From a virus: a DNA stretch of 64,000 bases. Numbering within the stretch: position 1 is the first letter of the stretch; every line of letters starts with the position of its first letter. The stretch covers positions 32,001-96,000 of the IMG/VR virus record IMGVR_UViG_3300050343_000215. One strand, 5' to 3'. Of this stretch, positions 1 through 9,544 are shown piece by piece. Under the pieces are notes generated by a model. It did not search any database. It worked only from the letters and a program-made list of their open reading frames with translations, and was not told where the DNA came from. The position numbers and the translations under genes are program-made.

Positions 1-950
1 GGCATGGGATTCTCTCCACCATAATCAGGTCTTACCTCAGGATGAACTTCAATATGGAAGTGAGGACCAGTAGAGAATCCAGTATTACCAGACTTACCTA
101 ATACTTCACCAGCATCAATAGTATCTCCATCCTTCACTGCAACCTCACTGAGGTGAGCAAATCTAAACATTTTATTTAATGATGGCACCCAAGCATCTAA
201 AAGTAATCCATAACCTACTGATGGATCATCAGCATTCTGATAACCAACATATTTAATGATAGATTTCTTTTTAAGTGCAAACATTGTCCCGACAGGAACA
301 CCAATATCAACACCACCATGCATTTTTCCCCAACGATGACCATATGCAGAGGTTAGTTCATAACCACTAACATCAGATCCCTCTGTTTCACCTTTTGCTT
401 TAAGTTGCCCCGCGACTGGTTGATATGGAACAATTACAATAGACTCTGCTTGATTAGAAATTCTATTTTCAAATCCTTTGGCGAGAAAGTTTGCCGCCAT
501 AAGTCCAAGAATATTATCAGTCAAAAGTCCGCCACCAGTAGCAGGGTTAAATGAGTTGCTTAATTTATTTGTAGCAAATTTTCTGGCAGTTCTTTTGGCA
601 CGGGAAGTTTTTTGTTTTTGATCGCTGGTCTCAAGTCCATGCAGAGATCTCTTCTGCTCAACTGCTTTCAAATAGTTTGAATGCATCTCGGAGAGAAAAT
701 TCTCCATTGAGTCAAGATAAGTTCCCAATCTAACAAAGAATTTACTCATTGGGTTGGTAGACTTATTCTCAATAATAAGTTGCTTTACCTTCTTTTCAGG
801 AACAACCTCAAGATTTTCTACATCATCTAACTTGAGAATTCCATCAACACTAGCAATAGCAATAGGTGTAATATTATCAGCTACAACAAAGACTTCGGAA
901 GCAAATGCCTCCGAATCTCTCTCTATCATTTTAGTCTTTGCTTTAAACAT
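1..950 (-). CDS. Virion-associated M23 family peptidase (3' end runs off window; absent from ORF track)
   Basis: Manual translation from ATG at 950: ...SAYGHRWGKMHGGVDIG...FAHLS...GKSGNTGFSTGPHFHIEV (HxxxD and HxH motifs); TGATG overlap with the upstream gene. Confidence 0.85.
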   Translation of the reverse strand, partial: MFKAKTKMIERDSEAFASEVFVVADNITPIAIASVDGILKLDDVENLEVVPEKKVKQLIIENKSTNPMSKFFVRLGTYLDSMENFLSEMHSNYLKAVEQKRSLHGLETSDQKQKTSRAKRTARKFATNKLSNSFNPATGGGLLTDNILGLMAANFLAKGFENRISNQAESIVIVPYQPVAGQLKAKGETEGSDVSGYELTSAYGHRWGKMHGGVDIGVPVGTMFALKKKSIIKYVGYQNADDPSVGYGLLLDAWVPSLNKMFRFAHLSEVAVKDGDTIDAGEVLGKSGNTGFSTGPHFHIEVHPEVRPDYGGENPM

Positions 951-3340
951 CAATCAATATCACTATCATGTGTAGATCTAGTAAATACACTCGTTCTCAT
1001 AAAAATATCAGGAGAATCATCACCGACAAAACTAGGTGCTTTCTTCTTACCAGGAATCTTAATATAATCAGGCGGCAGTGGTGTAATGTCTAGTTTCTGC
1101 TCATTTTTACCAGACATCATACTACCTTGAGCATTCTCAAGATTTTGTGATGGCATCGGACCCTTATATCCAGGAGCATTATAATAAGCATTGGGACCAG
1201 TAACCTGATCATACGTGGCTGTAGAAGCAGGATTAACTAATTCATTAATAATTAACTCAGCAAATAATGCAAATGGATTCAGTGCAGAAGAAGGATTGAT
1301 ACCTCTTCCTACAGCACGAACAGGTCTTTCAAATGCCTGACGAACAGCAGGAGTAGGACCAGTTTTTACCATATCAGGTGTGAATGCCTTGAAAGGATTC
1401 CATCCTTTCATTCCTGTTGCACCAGATTTAAATGCTTTATTACTTCTAGTAATTTGTCTGGCATCATCTGCCATCAAACCATCTGGTCCTCTCCATCGCG
1501 CAGTATTCTCATTAGGAACTCTAGTATTTCTACCCTTATTCCACCATCCGGCAAGACCACCATCTGCCATAGGCATAATCTTACTAGACATTCCTCTAAA
1601 ATAATTTAATGATTCACTATTATACAATTGAACATCACCATATCCACCACTTGATTTAGTTTTAATTTTTGGTATTATATCACTACCTTGTAAAAAGTCT
1701 TCTATTTTGGTTTTAGCGGCTGGTTTGTTAAGACTTTCTTGTAAACTTCTCGCATTCATATCTCTTTGAATACCTGCAGGTGCTGGTTGATCCGACAAAT
1801 TTCTAACTTGTCTTTCAATTCCTTTTTGATCTCTTTGTTTTTGGGATACTTTTCTACCAGTGCGAGTTACCTTTCCTCCACCACCTTGCATACGCGCTAA
1901 TGCTCTCTGTCTAGCAGTCATTCCTGCTCCAGGTTTCACTGGTGTAGCAATAGGTTTAGGCGCAACTGTAGTTACAGGTTTAGGAGCAGCAACAGTTGTA
2001 GCAGCAACATCATCTGCCACACCAGTGCCTGCTTTTCCTGCCTTAACAGTAATCTCAGCAACATCATCACTTAAACCAAATAATCTTTTAAGACCAGGAA
2101 CTCTAGAAACAAATGGAACTCCAAGTCTTCTAACGGTGTTTGCGATTGCAGGTGCTTTTGCGGCACCCTGTTGTAATGCACCACCGCCACTCATCATCAT
2201 GACAGTTTCTAATGCAAATTCTAAATCCTTACTGATAGGAAGACCAGTAACTTCAGCTAATGATTTAGGATTAGTAAATCCATCCAACATTGTCTGTAAG
2301 GGATTTACTGCTGGAGGTGGTTCTGAAATTACTGGTGATACTGGTGAGTATTCAGTTTGTTCACCATTAATTTCTTCATTAAGTTGTTTGAGTGCTTCCT
2401 TTGGTGTGAGTGCAGGAGCAGCTGCCTGAGATGCTGCATCAAATTCACCACTGCGTAAAAACTCTTCCGTTTGACCATTAGAATTTGAAAAAGCTAATGG
2501 TGTAGTTGCATCTGCAGATTCATTACTAGCTACCCCTGGATTTAATAAAGGTCCAAAAAGAAACGGTAGGAGTTTTAAAATATCTGGGAACGCAAACCCA
2601 GGTTCAAATTCTGGTTCTTCTTTCTTAGGAGGAATAAGAACACCGGGTGGATTAGGTTGCAGAGGAGGTTTAACCTTAGTCCCTTCGGCAGCAGGATTTA
2701 GAGATGGCTTTGGATTTTTGCTTGGTACAGGAGCGGTGCCAGGGGATCCGCCGGGTCCTCTACCACCGCCACGGCGACCGCCACCAAAAAATGGAAATCC
2801 ACCACCACCAGGCAGTTTAGGTTTCTTAGATCCACCGCCCATGGCGTCAGGATTTTCAAAATCAACAGTCTTATCTAATAGATACTCTTCAAATGTATTT
2901 TGATATAACTCTCTCTTACGCTCAAATAATTCTTTCTCTGTGAGAATCTGTACTTTCTGAAGTTTGACAACATCCTTCATCAACTTTTCAGTTGCTGCCA
3001 TCTTAGCTTCAATCGCCTTCAGATGCCCCTGGATAGTCTTATTCTTTACAGGGGGGATCTTAATATTTTCAATTTTAGGCAGATCCAGAGTCGCAGCAGC
3101 AGGCATCTCTGCCATCCCAACAACCTGATCAGGAGTAACAGGAGGATTGACTGCCTTTACAACAATCTTAGGATCTGTACTGGGGTCTAACCCAGGATTG
3201 CCAACCTTAGGTGGACCCTGTTGAGCAGCAGGTTGACCCTGTTGAGCAGCAGCAGGTTGCTGTTTATTATTAGCAGCAGGTTGCTGACCAGCAGCTGGCT
3301 GATTATTATTAGGTGGTTGATTTGCTGCGGGTACTGCCAT
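950..3340 (-). CDS. Large baseplate hub/tape-measure-like structural protein
   Basis: 796 aa, Q/P/A-rich low-complexity N-terminus, directly after gp26/gp51; function inferred from position. Confidence 0.55.
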   Translation of the reverse strand: MAVPAANQPPNNNQPAAGQQPAANNKQQPAAAQQGQPAAQQGPPKVGNPGLDPSTDPKIVVKAVNPPVTPDQVVGMAEMPAAATLDLPKIENIKIPPVKNKTIQGHLKAIEAKMAATEKLMKDVVKLQKVQILTEKELFERKRELYQNTFEEYLLDKTVDFENPDAMGGGSKKPKLPGGGGFPFFGGGRRGGGRGPGGSPGTAPVPSKNPKPSLNPAAEGTKVKPPLQPNPPGVLIPPKKEEPEFEPGFAFPDILKLLPFLFGPLLNPGVASNESADATTPLAFSNSNGQTEEFLRSGEFDAASQAAAPALTPKEALKQLNEEINGEQTEYSPVSPVISEPPPAVNPLQTMLDGFTNPKSLAEVTGLPISKDLEFALETVMMMSGGGALQQGAAKAPAIANTVRRLGVPFVSRVPGLKRLFGLSDDVAEITVKAGKAGTGVADDVAATTVAAPKPVTTVAPKPIATPVKPGAGMTARQRALARMQGGGGKVTRTGRKVSQKQRDQKGIERQVRNLSDQPAPAGIQRDMNARSLQESLNKPAAKTKIEDFLQGSDIIPKIKTKSSGGYGDVQLYNSESLNYFRGMSSKIMPMADGGLAGWWNKGRNTRVPNENTARWRGPDGLMADDARQITRSNKAFKSGATGMKGWNPFKAFTPDMVKTGPTPAVRQAFERPVRAVGRGINPSSALNPFALFAELIINELVNPASTATYDQVTGPNAYYNAPGYKGPMPSQNLENAQGSMMSGKNEQKLDITPLPPDYIKIPGKKKAPSFVGDDSPDIFMRTSVFTRSTHDSDID

Positions 3341-3465
3341 TACTGTTGTGCTGCTCTACGTGCGTTTTCTTTTTCAATAAAATCAACTAATAAACTCACA
3401 TAGACATCCCGTTCCCACGGCATCATATTTTCTATCTCTGTCAAACTATATTTATGATGCTGCAT
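3340..3465 (-). CDS. gp51: gp51-like baseplate hub assembly ORF (first ATG; frame is open upstream to about 3540)
   Basis: MQHHKYSLTEIENMMPWERDVYVSLLVDFIEKENARRAAQQ; below the ORF-track size cut-off. Confidence 0.8.
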   Translation of the reverse strand: MQHHKYSLTEIENMMPWERDVYVSLLVDFIEKENARRAAQQ

Positions 3466-3515
3466 GAGATTAAAATTTAGTCGGAAATAGTTTTCCAGAT
3501 TATTCTGAAAAACCG

Positions 3516-4229
3516 CTATGCGAAAAAATTTGCTAATCCCTCAATTGTGACATCAGATTTCACACCCGTCTTAGGATTAGTTACCTTTACCGTATGAGTA
3601 AGTCTAGGCATAGTTGAAAAGAATGACTGAACTTTCTGATACTGCTTAGAATTTAGTTGCTCAACAAACTCTTCAATTTCTTTCTTAGTAGAATCTGCTA
3701 CCTCCCATGTCTCTTCATCATTGTAGATAGTATCAATACATTCAACAGCATATTCAAAAGTGCTGTCAATAAGACTTTTCTCGTCATCGGGTTTCTTTTC
3801 CATGATGTATTTCATCGTAGGATACTTCATTTTAATAAAGTAACCATTCTCAAGATCAATCGTATCACTATGTTCTTTAGACTTAACTACCTGAATATCA
3901 TCAATATTGATCTCAACCTCTGCCTGTGTCTCACCATCATCAGGACAGGTGATGGAAAACTCAAGGATCTCGCCAACAGACTTGGCACGAACGTTGAGGA
4001 AGATATACTCAACATCAAATGTAGAAAGAGTATCTAAATCAATCTTAGTTTGTACGCAATTTTCAATGATTTGAATAATAGCACTGGTAACTTCATCTTG
4101 GCTTTCAGACTCCAATGCAAGAAGAAGGATTTTTTCTTCTCTAACTACAAATGGTCTGTATTTTACTTTTTTTCCTGTAGATGGAATTTTCAGTTCATGG
4201 ACAGGGGTGTTAATCTGGGGTAATGACAT
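3516..4229 (-). CDS. gp26: Baseplate hub subunit gp26-like
   Basis: MSLPQINTP..KYRPFVVREEKILL..DVEYIFLNVRAKSVGE..CPDDG..IEGLANFFA. Confidence 0.85.
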   Translation of the reverse strand: MSLPQINTPVHELKIPSTGKKVKYRPFVVREEKILLLALESESQDEVTSAIIQIIENCVQTKIDLDTLSTFDVEYIFLNVRAKSVGEILEFSITCPDDGETQAEVEINIDDIQVVKSKEHSDTIDLENGYFIKMKYPTMKYIMEKKPDDEKSLIDSTFEYAVECIDTIYNDEETWEVADSTKKEIEEFVEQLNSKQYQKVQSFFSTMPRLTHTVKVTNPKTGVKSDVTIEGLANFFA

Positions 4230-4243
4230 AGTTCAAAAAATAA

Positions 4244-4924
4244 TTAGAATTCTGCTCCTTTTGTATCGTAAAAGATTACGACATGTTTTTCATACCTAAA
4301 GGATACTCTCAATTTATTTAGTGTGCTAGCACCATACGCTAATGGCACACTCTCAATGTTATAAGGGTATACATTAATCATATCATAATAGCATGAATTA
4401 GATCCAGAAGGACCAGTTCTATCTTTATAACTTTTAGTCACAGTCATCCTAGGACAAACCATTTCATCATAATAACGTAATCCAACAGTGTTGGTTGCCA
4501 TTCTTCTTTTTTCTTTTTCTTCTGGGATAATTTCACCACCTTCGCTATTCATGCTCTGTTCAGGAAACATGCCACCCATCCATGCTTCAAAGAATTTTGA
4601 AGGGCTGAGTTGATTAGTCTGAATAAAACTCAATCGCATATCATTATAAAGTTTAGCATGAGGATATTGAATTAATCTACCTGCATATACACCATCAACT
4701 TCCTGTGTAGCAGTAAATGTTCCCGGCAATGATGCTTCATCACACAAGAACATCATATTCTCAAATGCTCCATCTCCAGAAGTCATACCAAATCCATAAT
4801 ATTGTAATCTGGTTAGAATCTCGGCATTTTTTATAGAATCAAAGCTTAACTTTACCTCATACTCGTTAGAATATGATCCACCCTTATCAACATTGAATAT
4901 CCCTCTAAGCTTAGATATAGACAT
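4244..4924 (-). CDS. Tail tube-like protein (gp19/gp54 family)
   Basis: FLCDEASLPG..GRLIQYPHAKLYNDMRLSF..YPYNIESVPLAYG; probable start MSISK. Confidence 0.65.
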   Translation of the reverse strand: MSISKLRGIFNVDKGGSYSNEYEVKLSFDSIKNAEILTRLQYYGFGMTSGDGAFENMMFLCDEASLPGTFTATQEVDGVYAGRLIQYPHAKLYNDMRLSFIQTNQLSPSKFFEAWMGGMFPEQSMNSEGGEIIPEEKEKRRMATNTVGLRYYDEMVCPRMTVTKSYKDRTGPSGSNSCYYDMINVYPYNIESVPLAYGASTLNKLRVSFRYEKHVVIFYDTKGAEF

Positions 4925-4960
4925 TAACTCTAAATAGAAATACTTGTTCTTCATATATTT

Positions 4961-5395
4961 ATGGCATATTCTGGCAAGTTCAGACCAAAGAACCCAAAGA
5001 AATATAAAGGTGATCCGAGGTTGGTAATATACAGATCATTATGGGAACTAAAATTTATGAAGTGGTGTGACGACCACGATCATATACTTGAGTGGGGCAG
5101 TGAAGAAATTGTAGTTCCCTATCGTTCTCCTTTAGATGGAAGAGTTCACAGATACTTTGTTGATTTCTATGCCAAAGTTCGTAATAAATCTGGGACAGCA
5201 AAGAAATATTTGATTGAAGTTAAACCAAAGAAACAGACAGTTGAACCTAAACTACCTAAAAGAAAAACTAAACGTTATCTCACTGAGGTTACCACATATA
5301 TCACCAATCAAGCGAAGTGGGAAGCAGCAAGGGAATGGTGTGCAGATCATGGACTTGAGTTCATCATACTCACAGAGGATCATTTAAATGTCTAA
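4961..5395 (+). CDS. gp4: Head completion nuclease gp4
   Basis: MAYSGKFRPKNPKKYKGD..YRSLWE..WGSEEIVVPY..YFVDF..EVKP. Confidence 0.9.
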   Translation: MAYSGKFRPKNPKKYKGDPRLVIYRSLWELKFMKWCDDHDHILEWGSEEIVVPYRSPLDGRVHRYFVDFYAKVRNKSGTAKKYLIEVKPKKQTVEPKLPKRKTKRYLTEVTTYITNQAKWEAAREWCADHGLEFIILTEDHLNV

Positions 5396-5846
5396 GGGAT
5401 TTGGTAGTAATGACAGAACACAAGGTGGATTGGAGAAACATATCATAAAGAATTCTGGCGGTCAGAAAAAAAGTAGAGAGTGGTATCGCAGAGAAGTCTT
5501 TGAATACCTCTACGATAACATGACTGATGAGATTGAACCAGAAAAACTTTACTTCTATGAATATGATCCGAAATATAAAGAAAAGATGGATAAATATGAC
5601 ATATATCCTTTAGTATATGCCTTTGATCGTGGTAAAGATAACTTTCTAGGTTCAAATATTCATTACCTTCGTGACAGAGAGAAAGGTCCGTATGCTCTTG
5701 CCCTCCTAAATAAAAAAGCAAGGATTATTGAAAAAACAATCCATCGTTATATCTTCAAACAAGCTGATAATTTATTCTTTGAAGTGAAAGAAGAAGATTG
5801 GGAATTTATAGCATCTCTACCCATCCATAAGTTTATAGACAACTAA
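5388..5846 (+). CDS. gp2: DNA end protector gp2-like
   Basis: FYEYDPKYK..YDIYPLV..GSNIHYL; adjacent to gp4. Confidence 0.75.
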   Translation: MSKGFGSNDRTQGGLEKHIIKNSGGQKKSREWYRREVFEYLYDNMTDEIEPEKLYFYEYDPKYKEKMDKYDIYPLVYAFDRGKDNFLGSNIHYLRDREKGPYALALLNKKARIIEKTIHRYIFKQADNLFFEVKEEDWEFIASLPIHKFIDN

Positions 5847-6904
5847 TGCCATCCGCTGCTTTTTTACCATCAACGCGATATCCAGTAGAATTTTCCTCTA
5901 ATGGTCCTTCTGTGGACTATCTTGAGATGCAATTTATTAGAAGAGATTATAAGAGCACAGATATAAAATATTTTCCAGAACCTTCATTAAACAAGATCTT
6001 AGTTTACGTTCCTCAAAAAGTAACTGAAGCAATCTCGCAGCAGTTTAATCAAACTACACTTGGTGAATTAGGTAGTTTTCTTGGATCAAGAGCAGACGCT
6101 GGTGTGGCTGTTAAAAATGCACTTACAAGAACTGCTGAGCAGTTTTTATTAAATAAATCTGTTGATGTCGCTAATAAATTAGGTGCAACAAACCTCTCTG
6201 CTTCTGGATTGCTTTCAGCAACTAGTGGTGTTGTGTTCAACCCAAATCTTGAAGTTCTTTATGAAGGACCAGACTTCAGGACATTTAATTTCCAGTTTAA
6301 CTTATTCACTAAGTCAAGAGCAGATGCATCAGCAATTTTTAACATTGTAGAAACTTTAAGAGTGGCAAGTTTACCTAGTTCATCTGGCAATCCTAATACA
6401 AAAGCGATGGCAGATGTATTTACAGATACATCTGCTATTGACACTGCAACAGGGTTATTAGACATCGGTGCAGGAGCAGTAACTGGGGCTATTTCAGGTA
6501 AGATAAGCTCAGCATCCACTGCTGCAAAAGGAGGTAAACAGGGAGCTTTAGATAAACTTTCAGGTCTTTTTGCTCCAGCAGGAACGCTCCTAGGAGCTGC
6601 TGCAACTGCTGGCGGTTTCTTATTTAACGGTGGTTCTAGATTTATCAAACAACCTCCATTCATACTTCTTACATATAAGAGAGGAGCAGATGATCATCCT
6701 TTTATCAAACCACTGCTCCCATGCGCTATTAATCAGATTAATTTTGATTTTACGCCAACTGGAAACTACACTACAGTAGGTGAATTTAATGCTGACCCAA
6801 AGGCAACTACTGTTGGAGTCACAATTACTATGAATCTCACTGAAGTGACAAATCTATTTGCTGATAAAATGTTCACCGAAAGAGCACCAGGAGTCAAAAG
6901 CTAA
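5846..6904 (+). CDS. gp48: Baseplate tail tube cap gp48
   Basis: FNPNLEVLYEGPDFRTFNFQF..PCAINQINFDFTP. Confidence 0.8.
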   Translation: MPSAAFLPSTRYPVEFSSNGPSVDYLEMQFIRRDYKSTDIKYFPEPSLNKILVYVPQKVTEAISQQFNQTTLGELGSFLGSRADAGVAVKNALTRTAEQFLLNKSVDVANKLGATNLSASGLLSATSGVVFNPNLEVLYEGPDFRTFNFQFNLFTKSRADASAIFNIVETLRVASLPSSSGNPNTKAMADVFTDTSAIDTATGLLDIGAGAVTGAISGKISSASTAAKGGKQGALDKLSGLFAPAGTLLGAAATAGGFLFNGGSRFIKQPPFILLTYKRGADDHPFIKPLLPCAINQINFDFTPTGNYTTVGEFNADPKATTVGVTITMNLTEVTNLFADKMFTERAPGVKS

Positions 6905-7599
6905 TGCCCGGATTTTTCTCATATCTACCAAAAATAGAATATACTCCAACTAGAACTAAATTTCAGTTTACTAATCAAGATTTTGTAGTCGCTGTAAATA
7001 TTTTTAAAGGATTGAGTATTAATAATTCTGTATATACTACAGATTTATTTAAAGAATTTCAATTAAGAGATGGTGTTAGACCGGACCAAGTTGCTGAGGC
7101 AGTTTATGGTGATTCTAGTTATGATTGGGTTATTTTACTAACTAATAAAATTGTTGACCTTAAAAATGATTGGCCATTAAGTAATTCAGAATTTGAAAAA
7201 CTTATTACTAAAAAATATACTAATCCACACTTAGTAAAAAACTACCTTACCAAAGAAGTCAAAAATGACATTGGTGAGATAATTCTTCCTAGTGGATTAG
7301 AAGTATATTATAATCCAAACGATCAAGACTCATTTAAAATTACATACATTAAATCATATAATCCAATAGTAGAAGAAACTGAGAATGGTGCAACATTATT
7401 GACATCAATTACTTATTATGAGTGGGAACAACAACTCAATGAAGAAAAAAGAGTATTGCAAGTTCTTAAACCAGATTATCTTGAGACCTTTGTAAAAATC
7501 TTCAATGCATCAGCAAATTATATGCGTGATGTAAAAGCTGATGCTGGAATAAAGCAAACTTTAAACAAAACTAGCATCTTTAACAATATTACTCTATAA
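6904..7599 (+). CDS. gp53: Baseplate wedge subunit gp53
   Basis: FFSYLPKIEY..DGVRPDQVAEAVYGDSSYDWVILLTN..DWPLS. Confidence 0.85.
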   Translation: MPGFFSYLPKIEYTPTRTKFQFTNQDFVVAVNIFKGLSINNSVYTTDLFKEFQLRDGVRPDQVAEAVYGDSSYDWVILLTNKIVDLKNDWPLSNSEFEKLITKKYTNPHLVKNYLTKEVKNDIGEIILPSGLEVYYNPNDQDSFKITYIKSYNPIVEETENGATLLTSITYYEWEQQLNEEKRVLQVLKPDYLETFVKIFNASANYMRDVKADAGIKQTLNKTSIFNNITL

Positions 7600-7611
7600 A
7601 ACCTCACAGAC

Positions 7612-7644
7612 AAAAAAATACCCCGAATTTTTTTTCGGGGTTTT
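7612..7644. terminator. Bidirectional intrinsic terminator
   Basis: A-run, CCCCGAA/TTCGGGG stem, T-run, between convergent genes. Confidence 0.8.
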
Positions 7645-7651
7645 ATGGAAT

Positions 7652-7861
7652 TTAAAAACCCAATTCGTAGCAGGAAGATCTTGCTAGGTCTGGGTTTTTT
7701 TTGAGTGTTCTATGAACATGACCATGCACGTCTGCTTCTAAAGTAAGGTGTGCTTTAGTATGCACAAACTGAATCACAAATAACATTCCAACAAAAGTAA
7801 GATTTAGATAAGTAACTGGGTGATTCAGACCTTTCCAAAGAAACTTGATCACTTTATTCAC
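7652..7861 (-). CDS. Hypothetical membrane protein
   Basis: 69-aa ORF with one hydrophobic segment. Confidence 0.6.
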   Translation of the reverse strand: MNKVIKFLWKGLNHPVTYLNLTFVGMLFVIQFVHTKAHLTLEADVHGHVHRTLKKNPDLARSSCYELGF

Positions 7862-7971
7862 TTAATGAACTTGTCCATACGAAGTTTGACATAATACATT
7901 CCGATGACCCATACGGAGAAGAGGAACCCCTCCCCGTAGGACATGGAGTTCCAAGCATGTACTGCTTCCAT
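7858..7971 (-). CDS. Small membrane protein
   Basis: Manual: MEAVHAWNSMSYGEGFLFSVWVIGMYYVKLRMDKFIK; overlaps both neighbours. Confidence 0.65.
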   Translation of the reverse strand: MEAVHAWNSMSYGEGFLFSVWVIGMYYVKLRMDKFIK

Positions 7972-8174
7972 CACTCTTGATTCTTCTTATTGAATCCGAA
8001 TGGTCCTTCTTTATCTTCCAATGCAAATTTTAATGCAATACCACCAACAGCTTCCATAACCTTTAGGATGTCCTCTGACTTAGCATTCTCACCCAGTTCT
8101 TTGGCAACATACCAATACTTTGGCCAGAATGTTTCACCTGCTTTTTGATAGTCTTCAACAGTTAAGATTTTCAT
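7971..8174 (-). CDS. Hypothetical protein
   Basis: 67-aa ORF, ATGA overlap with gp32. Confidence 0.7.
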   Translation of the reverse strand: MKILTVEDYQKAGETFWPKYWYVAKELGENAKSEDILKVMEAVGGIALKFALEDKEGPFGFNKKNQE

Positions 8175-9136
8175 GAATCTTCTTCAGCAAGGCGAGCGAA
8201 GTATGACAGGGTGTCATCATTGTCAGTCGTAGGAGCAGAACGTGTTGCAACAGTGGGTTGCAGTTCACTCAGTTCCTTACGGATTTCTGGAGTGGCAGGA
8301 CGTGAAGGAAATGAAGGTGCTCCCATGATGTCAGAATCATTGAAACCACCACGACCTTCAGACTCATCTTCCATAGTTTCACGATCAAACTTCTTGCTGG
8401 TTGTACGACCGAGCACAACATTCAAACGTGACTCAAGTTCCTCATAGGACTTAAAGTTCTTAGCATCCATGAACTCATTCAAAGAATGCTGTGACTTCCA
8501 TACTTGCTCCAGTTCAGAGTCAGCCATGTCCTCAAGGGTAGAAGGGACAGCAAAATCAGACTTATCATAGTTCCAATAACCATCCTTCTTCTGCAGCTTC
8601 AGTTTGAAGTTAGCACCCTGCCACATATCAAATGGATTGATAGGAGTCTCATCTTGAAACTCAGGTTGCATTGCTGCCTGAATCTTGTCAAAGATCTTCT
8701 TACCAAACTTATAGAGGAAAACTTTACCCTCGTTACCAGGGTTAGTAGGATCACTTACAACATAGATGTTGGAGTAGTAAGAGAGTTTACGCTTCTGCTT
8801 ACGAGCAACCTCCTTGTCGCTGTCAAGACCACTGTTCCATAGTGTACGGTTGAGTTCCGACACGGGATCTTTCTTACCCAGAGTGGTTAGAGAGTTTTCA
8901 ATATACCATCCACCAGTACCTTGGAAACCGTGGGACCAGACCTTTGCCCAGGGAAGTTCTTCACCATCAGGAGCAGGCAGGAAGCGGATTACTGCGTAAC
9001 CGTTACCAGACTTATCCATCTCGGGTTTCCAGAAACGATCATCACTGCTACCACCAGTAGCTTGGAGTTTGTCAATCTCCTTAGTCAGACGATCAAAACC
9101 AAATTTAGAGCTGTTTTTAAGATCAGCAAAAGACAT
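8171..9136 (-). CDS. gp32: Single-stranded DNA-binding protein gp32
   Basis: DDRFWKP..GNGYAVIRFLP..GWYIENSLTTLG..acidic C-terminal tail. Confidence 0.95.
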   Translation of the reverse strand: MSFADLKNSSKFGFDRLTKEIDKLQATGGSSDDRFWKPEMDKSGNGYAVIRFLPAPDGEELPWAKVWSHGFQGTGGWYIENSLTTLGKKDPVSELNRTLWNSGLDSDKEVARKQKRKLSYYSNIYVVSDPTNPGNEGKVFLYKFGKKIFDKIQAAMQPEFQDETPINPFDMWQGANFKLKLQKKDGYWNYDKSDFAVPSTLEDMADSELEQVWKSQHSLNEFMDAKNFKSYEELESRLNVVLGRTTSKKFDRETMEDESEGRGGFNDSDIMGAPSFPSRPATPEIRKELSELQPTVATRSAPTTDNDDTLSYFARLAEEDS

Positions 9137-9162
9137 TCGTATTACCTTGTATTGTTTGTATT

Positions 9163-9193
9163 TGTTGGATTACGATGACCCAACAGGATCATC
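9163..9193 (-). promoter_or_regulatory. H-type pseudoknot in the gp32 leader (candidate translational operator)
   Basis: S1 GATGATC/GGTCATC, S2 TGTTG/CAACA; CTAAATA late promoter at 9206-9200. Confidence 0.65.
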
Positions 9194-9202
9194 ATACACT
9201 AT

Positions 9203-9544
9203 TTAGAGGTCGCCGTCAAGCACCTGCTGACGGACATTCTCCATGTTTTTACGGAAACTATCATAGATCCCTAACATGTCAAGACCATCGGCATCCATGC
9301 CTAGTGTCTTAGCAGCACGTCGGAATTCTGCTTGCAGTTCCTTTGCCATAGGATCATCAGAAAGATTTAATCTCATGTAAAATATTTTTTGACGCTCAAT
9401 CAAGTCCAGCATTGCATCAAAAAAATCTATACGATCATCTGATGTCATCATAGGAATAAATGGCATCCTATTAACAATTTCTTGCTGCTTAAGACTAATC
9501 TCTTCAGCTTCTTGTTGTACTATTTTTGAATCAAAGAAAGACAT
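9203..9544 (-). CDS. DUF1825-like protein
   Basis: MSFFDSKIVQQE..QKIFYMRLNLSDDPMA. Confidence 0.7.
   Translation of the reverse strand: MSFFDSKIVQQEAEEISLKQQEIVNRMPFIPMMTSDDRIDFFDAMLDLIERQKIFYMRLNLSDDPMAKELQAEFRRAAKTLGMDADGLDMLGIYDSFRKNMENVRQQVLDGDL

Noticed and set aside
3200-3330. Short repeats resembling a CRISPR or tandem array
   Set aside because: They encode QQPAA low-complexity protein; there is no repeat-spacer periodicity.
1380-3403. Plus-strand ORFs of 60-189 aa opposite the 796-aa gene
   Set aside because: Antisense shadows of a biased coding strand; no SD or family motifs.
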